Assembly: GCF_037902255.1 (NCBI RefSeq)
Contig: NZ_CP147990.1
Coordinates: 1,800,001 to 1,832,000 of the forward strand
DNA: 32,000 nt
Reading direction: 5' to 3'
Origin: Candidatus Electrothrix sp. GW3-4
Lineage (GTDB): Bacteria; Desulfobacterota; Desulfobulbia; Desulfobulbales; Desulfobulbaceae
Part shown: positions 8,411 to 16,920 of the stretch, piece after piece
How the letters are laid out: every line of letters begins with the position of its first letter
How positions within the stretch are numbered: the first letter of the stretch is position 1
Position numbers and translations under genes: made by a program
The notes under the pieces: model-generated
The model's database searches: none
Told to the model about the DNA's origin: nothing
Seen by the model: only the letters and a program-made list of their open reading frames with translations

Positions 8411-8497
8411 GAAAGTTGCATAAAGCCACAACCGTCGCGAGGCGGTGTCGGAAAGCCACGGGTCTCTGGAGAGGAGATGGCCGGGTTACCTACTTTT
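8411..8497 (+). promoter_or_regulatory. candidate GEMM-I-like (c-di-GMP / cGAMP class) riboswitch aptamer in the leader of the secreted peptidase gene
   Basis: GAAAGU...ACUUUU closing helix (8411-8416 / 8492-8497). Hairpin 1 is CCGUC-GCGA-GGCGG with a GNRA loop. The junction CGGAAAGCC is followed by ACGGGUCUC...GAGAUGGCC-GGGUUACC. The strings AAAGCCACGGGUCU and GCCGGGUUACC match my recollection of the GEMM-I consensus. Two junction positions deviate from it (GCCACAACC for GGCAAACC, CGGAAAGCC for CGCAAAGCC). Confidence 0.4.
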
Positions 8498-8787
8498 ATT
8501 TCTCACCGGAGAGTTTGTTGTGACATTCTCGGAAAGTGTATCCCGCTGGGATACCGCCTCCAATCATCCTGACAAGCGTATTTCTTTCAGTTCTCTCTGT
8601 CCGCTTGTCATCCCGTTAGTTCTCTCTCTTTGCATAAATTCTTTAAGTAATAATAAGCAGAAGAGGCTTTATCCGTCTTTTCGATGCGGATCAGTTTCTG
8701 CATTTCTGTTGTGTTTCGGTACAGAAGAGCCAATACGCGGTACGGCGTGGTGCTGTTCCGCATAAACATAAATAAGCGAGGTGTACG

Positions 8788-8820
8788 ATGTTACGGCTGA
8801 AGAGCTTGATCTGGTACCTA
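8788..8820 (+). pseudogene. 5' fragment (first 11 codons of the signal peptide) of the IS-disrupted secreted peptidase gene
   Basis: GAGG-n6-ATG TTA CGG CTG AAG AGC TTG ATC TGG TAC CTA. Removing the IS plus one TA joins it in frame to GTG 10209, giving MLRLKSLIWYLVLLSLAFPLGNVWA|KQ, a complete Sec signal peptide. Confidence 0.65.
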
Positions 8821-8842
8821 GTACAGCGCGGCGCAAATAACC

Positions 8843-9598
8843 CTATGCTTTTAACGGCAACCCATTAAATGTCCATTTGTATGGTTTTGCCATTGTCGCA
8901 TTAAAGTAATCAATAAAGTCGAGCAATTTGCTCCTGAGATCTTTTTTTGATGTAAAATTACCTCTTTTAATGATTTTCTTAGTAAGAATACCAAACCAAA
9001 TTTCTACTTGATTGAGCCATGAACAGTGTTTTGGGGTATAAACAAAGCGAATTGCATGGTCTTTCTTCCTGAGAAATTCGGCTCTGCTTTTCATTGATTT
9101 CAAAATGCCTTGTTTCCCTTTGACGCCTAAATTATCTTTTATTTCGCATAATTCACTGACCAACTTGACAAGTGATTCCGACTTATGAGTATTGAGCTGA
9201 TCAGCCACAAAGACCCACTCCCGAGTTTCCGGATCGCTTAATATAAGGCTTCGAATATGTTCGCAAAAATCATGTTCGTCCCGAGTGTCTCCTATGCTGG
9301 GAGAGACGACTTCACCGGTCACTACGTCAAAGTTTGCAATGAGCGAGAGTGTTCCGTGCCTGATGTACTCAAACTCAATCCGCTCCGGCTTTCCCGGCTC
9401 TATCTTTTTTGTCGGATTTTTCCTCTCAAGAGCCTGTATTCCGGTATTTTCATCAATACTGATGGTTCGCCTGCCGTTTATTACCGCCTTTCGGGGAGCT
9501 TCGTGGTATGTTTCACAGACATCTTTCACTTCTAAAACAAACAGTTCTTCATTGTCATGATTGGGATTGAGCCAATACCGACTATGATGAGGTTTCAC
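8843..9598 (-). CDS. IS630-family transposase, DDE catalytic part (orfB)
   Basis: KPHHSRYWLNP...ISIDENTGIQALER...FVADQLNTHKS...PKHCSWLNQVEIWFGIL...YKWTF is the IS630/Tc1-mariner-like DDE signature. It is in the +1 frame relative to orfA. Confidence 0.9.
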   Translation of the reverse strand: MKPHHSRYWLNPNHDNEELFVLEVKDVCETYHEAPRKAVINGRRTISIDENTGIQALERKNPTKKIEPGKPERIEFEYIRHGTLSLIANFDVVTGEVVSPSIGDTRDEHDFCEHIRSLILSDPETREWVFVADQLNTHKSESLVKLVSELCEIKDNLGVKGKQGILKSMKSRAEFLRKKDHAIRFVYTPKHCSWLNQVEIWFGILTKKIIKRGNFTSKKDLRSKLLDFIDYFNATMAKPYKWTFNGLPLKA

Positions 9599-10109
9599 AT
9601 CGGTTTCTTTTTAAAAATCGGCCCACTTGACGGTCCGAAATTCCAGAGGTTATCCCACGCTTATTGCATTCATCCGCCAATTCCCTACTGCTCCATTGAG
9701 AAATTGGACGACCGCTTTCTTCGGGATGCTCCAGTGCAACTGCTAAAATCTGACAATATTGTTCTGAAGAATAAGTTACTGGTGCTCCCGGACGCGGATT
9801 ATCTTTTAAAACTTCTCGAATACTTTTTTCCAACTGATTGGCATTTTGGGGATCAGCCTCTATTTGCATTAAAGTATCTTGGTTGGCCAGCCACTTGTAT
9901 CTCCAATGTTTAACCTTGTCGATACTGCAACTCATGACTTTTGCAATCTTTGAGTTCGGTTTTCCTTTCTCAATCTCCAATATTAAAGAAGCCCGACTTA
10001 CCTCACGAAAATCAGCTGTTGATTGTCGAGCTATTTTTGACAAAATTTCTTTCTGTTGTTCGGAAACAGCAATTGATGGCGATTTGGGTGTAGGCATTTT
10101 CGAATCCAT
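9582..10109 (-). CDS. IS630-family transposase, N-terminal HTH part (orfA)
   Basis: MDSKMPTPK...SEQQKEILSKIARQ...KIAKVMSCSIDKVKHWRYKW...RPGAPVTYS...RPISQWSSRELA... is typical of IS630 DNA-binding regions. The ATG at 10109 is preferred over the TTG at 10139. Confidence 0.8.
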   Translation of the reverse strand: MDSKMPTPKSPSIAVSEQQKEILSKIARQSTADFREVSRASLILEIEKGKPNSKIAKVMSCSIDKVKHWRYKWLANQDTLMQIEADPQNANQLEKSIREVLKDNPRPGAPVTYSSEQYCQILAVALEHPEESGRPISQWSSRELADECNKRGITSGISDRQVGRFLKRNRCETSS

Positions 10110-10208
10110 GTGTTGCAAGATTGTTGTCAATATACGCAATCAAAAAGGATTCATGATACAATATTATTGTGCAAAAAAGCAGTGTTTAATTTACGCTGAG
10201 CTGTACTA

Positions 10209-11621
10209 GTGTTGTTATCGCTTGCATTTCCTTTGGGGAATGTGTGGGCAAAGCAGTCAAAATTTAATATTGATGCAGTTTCAGACGTTACACTTGATGT
10301 TGTGAGGTTTGAAGCCTGTATTGACGACACGGATGAATGTGTCATTGCGGGTGGGCCGAAGCAGGTGAATCTTTTGGACTTGGCTGATGGCAGGGTAGAT
10401 TTTGCCAAGCAGGTTCTGTTGCCGGACAATACCACGGAATTACGGCTTGTGTTGGGGGAGAGCAGCACCATTACGGTTGATGATGAGTCTCTGCCTTTGG
10501 ATGTGCCGAGCGGGCAGACTTCCGGGCTGAAGCTGAAAGGTGAGGATGTTTTTCCTCTTGAAGGAGGACTGCTTGCAGGGATGTCCTTGGATTTTGATCT
10601 CGGCAAGGCCCTTGTTGTCCGTGGGAAAAAGTCCGGCTCTTCGTATAAGCTGAAGCCGGTTATCAAGGTGGCGACAGCTGAAATTACGCCAATGACAGAT
10701 GGGACAGCGGCAGTTTTGGCAATGCCTGATGAGGATAGCGAGATAACAATCGGCGAGAAGTTTTCTTTGTTCATTCCTGCCGGAGCTGTTTCTGCGCCTA
10801 TGGTCATTTCCGTCAAGGAAACAAAATTTACTGTTGAGGTTTGGGATGAGGAAACCGGTGAGGTGGTCGAAAAGCCTGCTCTGTCTTCAAGCTATGAATT
10901 GAATCCTGACGGGGCGGAGTTTGCTGTGCCGTTGGAGATAACTATTCCGTACTATCCAGATATGCTGCTTGATGAGGTGTCGGAAGAGGAACTGGCTGTT
11001 TATCTTGACGGGGAAAAAATTCCGACTGATATTGATACAGTGTCGAAGCTGGCTGTAGCAGATGTTTGGCATTTTTCTGTTGCAAAATTGAGTGACGGAA
11101 GGATAGCGTTTGAGACGCAAATGCCTGTTAATGATTTCGATCCTGATATGTTTGGCTATAGATTTATGACCTATGAGTCTCCATACGCTACAATATATCA
11201 TCCTGGAGTTGATTTAAATGTAACTACTACAAGCAGTAGCAGTGGAAAAGACGATAGTAGCAGAACTGTTCCTGTTTTTGCTATTGCTGATGGAACGATT
11301 GTAGCCAAAGAGGATAATTGGACAGGTATAGTCATAAGGCATTCACCTGTTAATGGAAAGACATACTATTCTCAGTACGGCCATATCATACAGTTAACAG
11401 GAGATGAAGAACTAAATGGTAATGGTACGGAAGAGGTAAAACGTGGGAGAAAAATTGGTTATATAGGAGATGTCGGGCAACCGGGTAGTTTTCATCTTCA
11501 TTTCGGGATTAGAAATAATTTTCATTTTAATCCAAAAACAACAGATGAATGGACAACAAATGATTTTAAAGATCTCTTGAAAGATAGAAAAAAGATATTT
11601 AGGGAGTACGAATCACTATAA
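10209..11621 (+). pseudogene. fragment 2 of the disrupted secreted protein: DUF4382-like domain plus M23 (LytM) metallopeptidase domain
   Basis: PKQVNLLDLADG...VPSGQTSGLKLKG...YKLKPVIKV is DUF4382-like. YHPGVDLN (HxxxD) ... YSQYGHI ... GSFHLHFGI (HxH) are the M23 motifs. The ORF stop TAA (11619-11621) abuts the IS3-family end at 11622. Confidence 0.8.
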
Positions 11622-11739
11622 TGGACCCCTATTCTTGGACAGCTATTTAAGGTAGATTTTTTTCTAAAAATGCTGAATGTATTTTGGTGCGCTTGGCACG
11701 AGTCCGAAATTCATACAGCCACTACCGGAGAATCTACGC

Positions 11740-12018
11740 ATGTCACGTAAAAGAAGAGTCCACTCAGCTGCATTTAAAGGAAAAGTTGCACTTGAAGCAC
11801 TGAAAGAACTAAAGCCGATTAATGTACTGGCCTCCCAGTATGAGATTCAGCCAAACCAGATTAGCACCTGGAAAAAGCAGCTAAAAGAAGGAGTAACCGA
11901 AATATTCAGCCGAAAACGCGGTAAAGCAAAAGATGATTCCCGCAAGGCTGAAAAACGCTTATACGAAGAAATCGGTCGTCTGAAAATGGAGCTGGACTGG
12001 CTTAAAAAAAAAGTCTGA
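11740..12018 (+). CDS. IS3-family transposase OrfA (HTH / leucine zipper)
   Basis: MSRKRRVHSAAFKGKVALEAL...NQISTWKKQLKEG...LYEEIGRLKMELDWLKKK is the canonical IS3 OrfA. Confidence 0.85.
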   Translation: MSRKRRVHSAAFKGKVALEALKELKPINVLASQYEIQPNQISTWKKQLKEGVTEIFSRKRGKAKDDSRKAEKRLYEEIGRLKMELDWLKKKV

Positions 12019-12847
12019 GCCCTACTCGGATCCCCTTGATTTAATTGATTCTCAGCATAGGTCGATCAGCATCCAGAGGCAATGTGAGCTGCTTGGCATC
12101 AGTCGATCCCGCTATTACTACAAGCCAGCGGTTGAGAGCGAACTGAACCTCAAATTGATGCGAATTATCGATGAGATCTACACCGACTGTCCTTTTTACG
12201 GAAGCAGACGGATGGTCATCGAGCTGGAACGGCGTGCTTTTCATGTTAACAGAAAACGGGTTCAACGGTTGATGCGCCTAATGGGGCTTGAGGCTATTTA
12301 CCCGAAACCGAAACTAACTCATCGGAATATTGAACACAAAGTTTATCCATACCTTTTGAGGAACATCTTGATTGATCGTCCCAATCAGGTTTGGAGCACT
12401 GATATCACGTATATTCCGATGCAGAGCGGTTTCATGTATCTGACGGTAATTATTGACTGGTACAGCCGATACATCCTCAGTTGGCGTATATCCAATACGA
12501 TGGATAACGATTTTTGTGTCGAAGCTCTTGATGAAGCATTAACTCATGGATTACCCGATATTTTTAATACAGATCAGGGAGTGCAATTCACAAGCAAGCA
12601 GTTTACACAACGCCTGACAGATGTTGATGTAAAAATCAGCATGGACGGCAAGGGCCGAGCACTGGATAATATTTTTGTCGAGCGTCTTTGGCGTACAGTA
12701 AAGTACGAAAATATCTACCTGAAAGACTATCGAAATGGCAATGAGTTATACCACGGTCTGGAAGAGTATTTTTCGTTTTATAACACTCGACGTCCTCATC
12801 AGTCTTTGGGGTACAGATCTCCTGAAGATATTCATTATTGCTCATGA
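12005..12847 (+). CDS. IS3-family transposase OrfB (DDE integrase core), expressed as an OrfAB fusion
   Basis: SIQRQCELLGISRSRYYY...FYGSRRM...NQVWSTDITYI...IIDWYSRYILSW...NTDQGVQFTS...ERLWRTVKYE...YNTRRPHQSLGY is rve/DDE. The frame is open from 11984 and has no own ATG until 12155. It is +1 relative to orfA across A9 (12004-12012). Confidence 0.85.
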   Translation, partial: KKKSEPYSDPLDLIDSQHRSISIQRQCELLGISRSRYYYKPAVESELNLKLMRIIDEIYTDCPFYGSRRMVIELERRAFHVNRKRVQRLMRLMGLEAIYPKPKLTHRNIEHKVYPYLLRNILIDRPNQVWSTDITYIPMQSGFMYLTVIIDWYSRYILSWRISNTMDNDFCVEALDEALTHGLPDIFNTDQGVQFTSKQFTQRLTDVDVKISMDGKGRALDNIFVERLWRTVKYENIYLKDYRNGNELYHGLEEYFSFYNTRRPHQSLGYRSPEDIHYCS

Positions 12848-12953
12848 GATACAGTCAAACAAATATAGGAGGAAATCACCAGATAAGAAAGTTTGTTGTT
12901 AGCCCGAAATCTATCTTAAATTATGCTAAATTTTGTGTTGACTATGGGGTCCA

Positions 12954-14649
12954 CTTTACACCTCTTGCTCTTGTCAGAAGCTATCAGAATCCATATCAGC
13001 TAACTATTATAGTTGAGGACTCCGTAACCTATCCTGGTATTGGCGATAATGGTGAGATTAAGGGTAATAAAGTTGTTGATCCCGATAATGAAACGGTAGT
13101 CATCAAGGAACGTTTTTTTAAGGCTCACAATTTAGAAGAATGGTTCTATAAGGCGTATGATGAGAAATTAGGCATGAAGGCTCCTGCTGCTGGCTTGGCA
13201 GAAAGTCGAGGATTTGGTGGTAATTATCACTATGCCAAAACTGTACTGAAAACTCAAGTTCCTAGTGCAGGAAAATGGTTTTTTGATATACCGGAAGGCG
13301 GATATTATTCGGTTTATGTAAGTATACCTGCTGAAAATGCTACGACAAAAAATGCTAAGTATCAGATTTCTCACAATGGTCGAATAGATTACAAAACCGT
13401 GAATCAGGCCGAAATAGAAGGCCCTTTGGAGAACAGATGGGTACGCCTTGGTACGTATGATTTTGCTGAAGGGAATAACCACTATGTTAAACTCGCCAAT
13501 AATACTGGAGAGGTAGGGAAATATATCGCTTTTGATGCGATTAAGTTTGTCAAGGTATACAGTAATCTTCCTGTCGTGTATTCAGTATCGCCAGCAACTG
13601 CTATTAAAGATGAAGATAAAAAGACAATCTTTACTGTAACCGGTCAGAATTTGGATTTAGTGGAATTGGAATTTTCGCTTGCCAACTGCGAGGGTATTAC
13701 TGAGGTGACCAGCGGAAGTTCAACTTTGAAAGAATTCCAATGTAAGCCGACATCTACCGGGCAACACAGCGGAACGATAAAAGCAGGGGGAAGCATTCTG
13801 AAGGAATTCAGCGTTAAGGTGACAGACCCTCCTGTACCCACTTTGCAGAAAATTACTGTTCACCCCAAAAACGAGGAGGACGGTATTCTTTATGAAGGAG
13901 GACAGGCTTATTACGAGGCGGTGGGAACCTTTTCTGATGGAACTGAAAGTGTTATTACGGATCAGTGTACATGGTGGGCATCCCAGTATGCAACATCTCT
14001 TGGTAACGGACTTGTGGAGGCGTTGCTTGAAAGCGCTGATAACGAAGTGAGAATTACGGCAGTATATAGTGATGATACGATTTCTATTAGCGGAACGTAT
14101 GAAACTGTTGTGACAAAACGGCCTATAATAGTTCGTTCAATATCGCCTACGAGTGTCACCTTAGGCGTAACAACTGATTTCACTATCACAGGAGAGAACT
14201 TGCCTGTCGAAAAATCAATATCCTTACGGCTTGAAGGCTGCGATGAGGAGAGGATGGAGCCGTTAGACAGTGCACGCTCAACGTATATCCAGTTTCGTTG
14301 TACACCAAGGAGTGACGTGAACCCCGGAATGAAGACCGGAGAGTTAACGTATCGACCCTACGGAGATTTGGAGACCTTGGCGACGTTCAGTATAGAGTTT
14401 CTTGAAGCCCCAACTCCGCCAGATGATGAGCAGCTAGTTTTAAAAGAAGTCAGGGTTAAAGCGAATGAAGACCTCTATGCAGGCAAGACTGCCACGTATC
14501 AGGCAAAAGCATATTTCTCGAATAATGTAGGAAATGGGGATTCCCTTAAAGTTCCCGGAGAGAAGGTTCTTAAAATTGTAGAGATTACTGGTGAATGCGC
14601 TTGGCAGGCATATGGGACAAATTATGTTACCTCTCTTGGGGGCGGACTA
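12954..14649 (+). pseudogene. fragment 3 of the disrupted secreted protein: golvesin-C-terminal-like carbohydrate-binding domain plus IPT/Big_2 Ig-like repeats
   Basis: No usable start codon after the IS3 end; the ATG at 12838 in the ORF track lies inside the IS. GYYSVYVSIPAENATTKNAKYQISHNGR...RWVRLGTYDFAEGNNHYVKL is golvesin-like. AVGTFSDGTESVITDQCTWWAS...GLVEA and similar are Big_2. The frame is cut by IS630 copy 2 at 14650. Confidence 0.8.
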
Positions 14650-14671
14650 GTACAGCGCGGCGCAAATAACC

Positions 14672-15427
14672 CTATGCTTTTAACGGCAACCCATTAAATG
14701 TCCATTTGTATGGTTTTGCCATTGTCGCATTAAAGTAATCAATAAAGTCGAGCAATTTACTCCTGAGATCTTTTTTTGATGTAAAATTACCTCTTTTAAT
14801 GATTTTCTTAGTAAGAATACCAAACCAAATTTCTACTTGATTGAGCCATGAACAGTGTTTTGGGGTATAAACAAAGCGAATTGCATGGTCTTTCTTCCTG
14901 AGAAATTCGGCTCTGCTTTTCATTGATTTCAAAATGCCTTGTTTCCCTTTGACGCCTAAATTATCTTTTATTTCGCATAATTCACTGACCAACTTGACAA
15001 GTGATTCCGACTTATGAGTATTGAGCTGATCAGCCACAAAGACCCACTCCCGAGTTTCCGGATCGCTTAATATAAGGCTTCGAATATGTTCGCAAAAATC
15101 ATGTTCGTCCCGAGTGTCTCCTATGCTGGGAGAGACGACTTCACCGGTCACTACGTCAAAGTTTGCAATGAGCGAGAGTGTTCCGTGCCTGATGTACTCA
15201 AACTCAATCCGCTCCGGCTTTCCCGGCTCTATCTTTTTTGTCGGATTTTTCCTCTCAAGAGCCTGTATTCCGGTATTTTCATCAATACTGATGGTTCGCC
15301 TGCCGTTTATTACCGCCTTTCGGGGAGCTTCGTGGTATGTTTCACAGACATCTTTCACTTCTAAAACAAACAGTTCTTCATTGTCATGATTGGGATTGAG
15401 CCAATACCGACTATGATGAGGTTTCAC
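14672..15427 (-). CDS. IS630-family transposase orfB (DDE), copy 2
   Basis: The 251-aa product is identical to copy 1. Confidence 0.9.
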   Translation of the reverse strand: MKPHHSRYWLNPNHDNEELFVLEVKDVCETYHEAPRKAVINGRRTISIDENTGIQALERKNPTKKIEPGKPERIEFEYIRHGTLSLIANFDVVTGEVVSPSIGDTRDEHDFCEHIRSLILSDPETREWVFVADQLNTHKSESLVKLVSELCEIKDNLGVKGKQGILKSMKSRAEFLRKKDHAIRFVYTPKHCSWLNQVEIWFGILTKKIIKRGNFTSKKDLRSKLLDFIDYFNATMAKPYKWTFNGLPLKA

Positions 15428-15938
15428 ATCGGTTTCTTTTTAAAAATCGGCCCACTTGACGGTCCGAAATTCCAGAGGTTATCCCACGCTTATTGCATTC
15501 ATCCGCCAATTCCCTACTGCTCCATTGAGAAATTGGACGACCGCTTTCTTCGGGATGCTCCAGTGCAACTGCTAAAATCTGACAATATTGTTCTGAAGAA
15601 TAAGTTACTGGTGCTCCCGGACGCGGATTATCTTTTAAAACTTCTCGAATACTTTTTTCCAACTGATTGGCATTTTGGGGATCAGTCTCTATTTGCATTA
15701 AAGTATCTTGGTTGGCCAGCCACTTGTATCTCCAATGTTTAACCTTGTCGATACTGCAACTCATGACTTTTGCAATCTTTGAGTTCGGTTTTCCTTTCTC
15801 AATCTCCAATATTAAAGAAGCCCGACTTACCTCACGAAAATCAGCTGTTGATTGTCGAGCTATTTTTGACAAAATTTCTTTCTGTTGTTCGGAAACAGCA
15901 ATTGATGGCGATTTGGGTGTAGGCATTTTCGAATCCAT
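15411..15938 (-). CDS. IS630-family transposase orfA, copy 2
   Basis: Identical to copy 1 except for one residue (MQIETD vs MQIEAD). Confidence 0.8.
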   Translation of the reverse strand: MDSKMPTPKSPSIAVSEQQKEILSKIARQSTADFREVSRASLILEIEKGKPNSKIAKVMSCSIDKVKHWRYKWLANQDTLMQIETDPQNANQLEKSIREVLKDNPRPGAPVTYSSEQYCQILAVALEHPEESGRPISQWSSRELADECNKRGITSGISDRQVGRFLKRNRCETSS

Positions 15939-16037
15939 GTGTTGCAAGATTGTTGTCAATATACGCAATCAAAAAGGATTCATGATACAATATTATTGTG
16001 CAAAAAAGCAGTGTTTAATTTACGCTGAGCTGTACTA

Positions 16038-16148
16038 GTACAGGCCAAACCAGGAACTGAAGGGCAAAATTTCAAGGTGAAGTGTACCTACTACCATAGC
16101 TTCAGCGGATTATCATCGACCGGCACTTGGGAGGATACCATTAAGTAA
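16038..16148 (+). pseudogene. 3' fragment (last 36 codons) of the disrupted secreted protein
   Basis: After removing IS630 copy 2 plus one TA, the frame continues GGL-VQAKPGTEGQNFKVKCTYYHSFSGLSSTGTWEDTIK-stop (TAA at 16146-16148), followed directly by a strong terminator. Confidence 0.7.
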
Positions 16149-16165
16149 TCGTCACAGGTAATACT

Positions 16166-16213
16166 AAAAAGAAAAGCCCTGAGTCCGCCTTGGATTCAGG
16201 GCTTTTCTTTTTT
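16166..16213. terminator. strong bidirectional rho-independent terminator (hairpin family copy 1)
   Basis: AAAAA-GAAAAGCCCTGAGTCC-gcctt-GGATTCAGGGCTTTTC-TTTTTT: a 16-bp stem with one G-U pair, an A-run upstream and a T-run downstream. Confidence 0.75.
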
Positions 16214-16494
16214 GCTACCATTGCTCCCCTTTCCCCGCTTCTCCTCCGTCCCTGTTGACAACACATACCCCCGACTTTTTTTATTGGCTACCCGTATCCG
16301 ATCAGATACAATGAGACACATGAACACTATATTACGAACAAAAGTATTTGACGTATGACTCTCCAAGCTGAAAGATAATCGGGGAAAAGTGCGGATTGTC
16401 GAACGAATCCGTTGAATCTGCTTCAGATTTTGTTCCGCAACAGCACCTTGATGCATGTCTGCTTTCAGGTAAGCAATGATAGCTTGTAAATGCA

Positions 16495-16839
16495 TTACTC
16501 CAGGTAAGCGTCCACGAACTCTCTCGGCTTCAGAACCTCTATTCTCTTATATCCAGAGATGTTCAGTAAGTGTTTATCCCCACTAACAATCAGCTTGCTT
16601 CCGCTGGCAATTGCACACTCAATAAATTTGTTGTCATCAGGATCTTCGCAGATTGTCTCTTTGATGCCTTCTGTTCCGACAAATTCTCCAAAGATGGTAA
16701 AGAGTTCTAGAATCGGCTCAATGTTAACAGAAGGGTATTTCACCGACAACTCCTTTCCCACGCGTTGATATTCCTCCAGTATTTGTGGACTGGTTCCCAA
16801 GCTCTGCTTGGGAACAGACACCGTGAAGCTCCGCTTCAA
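16495..16839 (-). pseudogene. PIN_3-family toxin remnant lacking its N-terminal catalytic region
   Basis: The C-terminal ICEDPDDNKFIECAIASGSKLIVSGDKHLLNISGYKRIEVLKPREF is the PIN_3 signature. The expected N-terminal LDTNV segment is absent. The first ~17 codons are encoded by the palindromic repeat cluster at 16794-16889. Confidence 0.6.
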
Positions 16840-16889
16840 ATAAGAAGCAGAGCTTCAGGAATACGTACTCCCAAGCTGGAGCTTGGGAG
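16794..16889. repeat. cluster of four short perfect palindromes sharing an AAGC-n-GCTT core
   Basis: TTCCCAAGC-tct-GCTTGGGAA (16794-16814), GAAGC-tcc-GCTTC (16825-16837), GAAGC-aga-GCTTC (16844-16856), CTCCCAAGCT-gg-AGCTTGGGAG (16868-16889). Confidence 0.6.
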
Positions 16890-16920
16890 CGAGAATAAAT
16901 AAGATCAACCTCAAATATTC

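Larger units (their letters stand above)
8821..10206 (-). mobile_element. IS630-family insertion sequence, copy 1 (1386 bp)
   Basis: Imperfect ~20-bp terminal inverted repeats (GTACAGCGCGGCGCAAATAA / GTACAGCTCAGCGTAAATTA). Flanked by a TA duplication within a CTAG target (c-TA at 8818-8820, TA-g at 10207-10209). Carries HTH and DDE ORFs. Near-identical to 14650-16035. Confidence 0.9.
11622..12953 (+). mobile_element. IS3-family insertion sequence (1332 bp)
   Basis: TG...CA ends with TGGACCCC / GGGGTCCA terminal inverted repeats plus a subterminal ATTTAAG(G/A)TAGATTT in both ends. orfA and orfB overlap at an A9 run. No matching flanking direct repeat was found (TAA vs CTT). Confidence 0.85.
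14650..16035 (-). mobile_element. IS630-family insertion sequence, copy 2 (1386 bp)
   Basis: Collinear with 8821-10206 at an offset of 5829 bp. Only two differences noticed (14769 vs 8940; 15687 vs 9858, giving A->T in orfA). TA duplication within CTAG (14647-14649 / 16036-16038). Confidence 0.9.

Noticed and set aside
8445-8765. A 106-aa ORF in the leader region upstream of the peptidase gene.
   Set aside because: It has no RBS, odd composition and no recognisable family. It overlaps the candidate riboswitch and leader.
8131-8800. Group II intron or other large ribozyme, prompted by GTGCG at 8131 and a long non-coding stretch.
   Set aside because: No domain V-like GAGCCGTAT...ACGTACGGTTC hairpin and no intron-encoded ORF were found. 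The GTGCG lies just outside a repeat shared with copy 2, where the sequence differs.
12838-12953. The ATG at 12838 as the true start of the 619-aa ORF.
   Set aside because: These 116 nt lie inside the right end of the IS3-family element, including its inverted repeat. The N-terminal 39 residues are IS-derived read-through, not part of the host protein.
8818-16037. Composite transposon imported as a unit (IS630-cargo-IS630).
   Set aside because: The cargo gene continues in frame outside both IS copies (8788-8820 and 16038-16148). The two copies therefore inserted independently into a resident gene. They could still act as a composite unit in future.
16196-16495. A 99-aa ORF overlapping the PIN_3 stop (TAATG) as a possible antitoxin.
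   Set aside because: No family resemblance was seen. Its 3' third runs through the bidirectional terminator hairpin. The TAATG overlap is suggestive, but the ORF is most likely a remnant or spurious.
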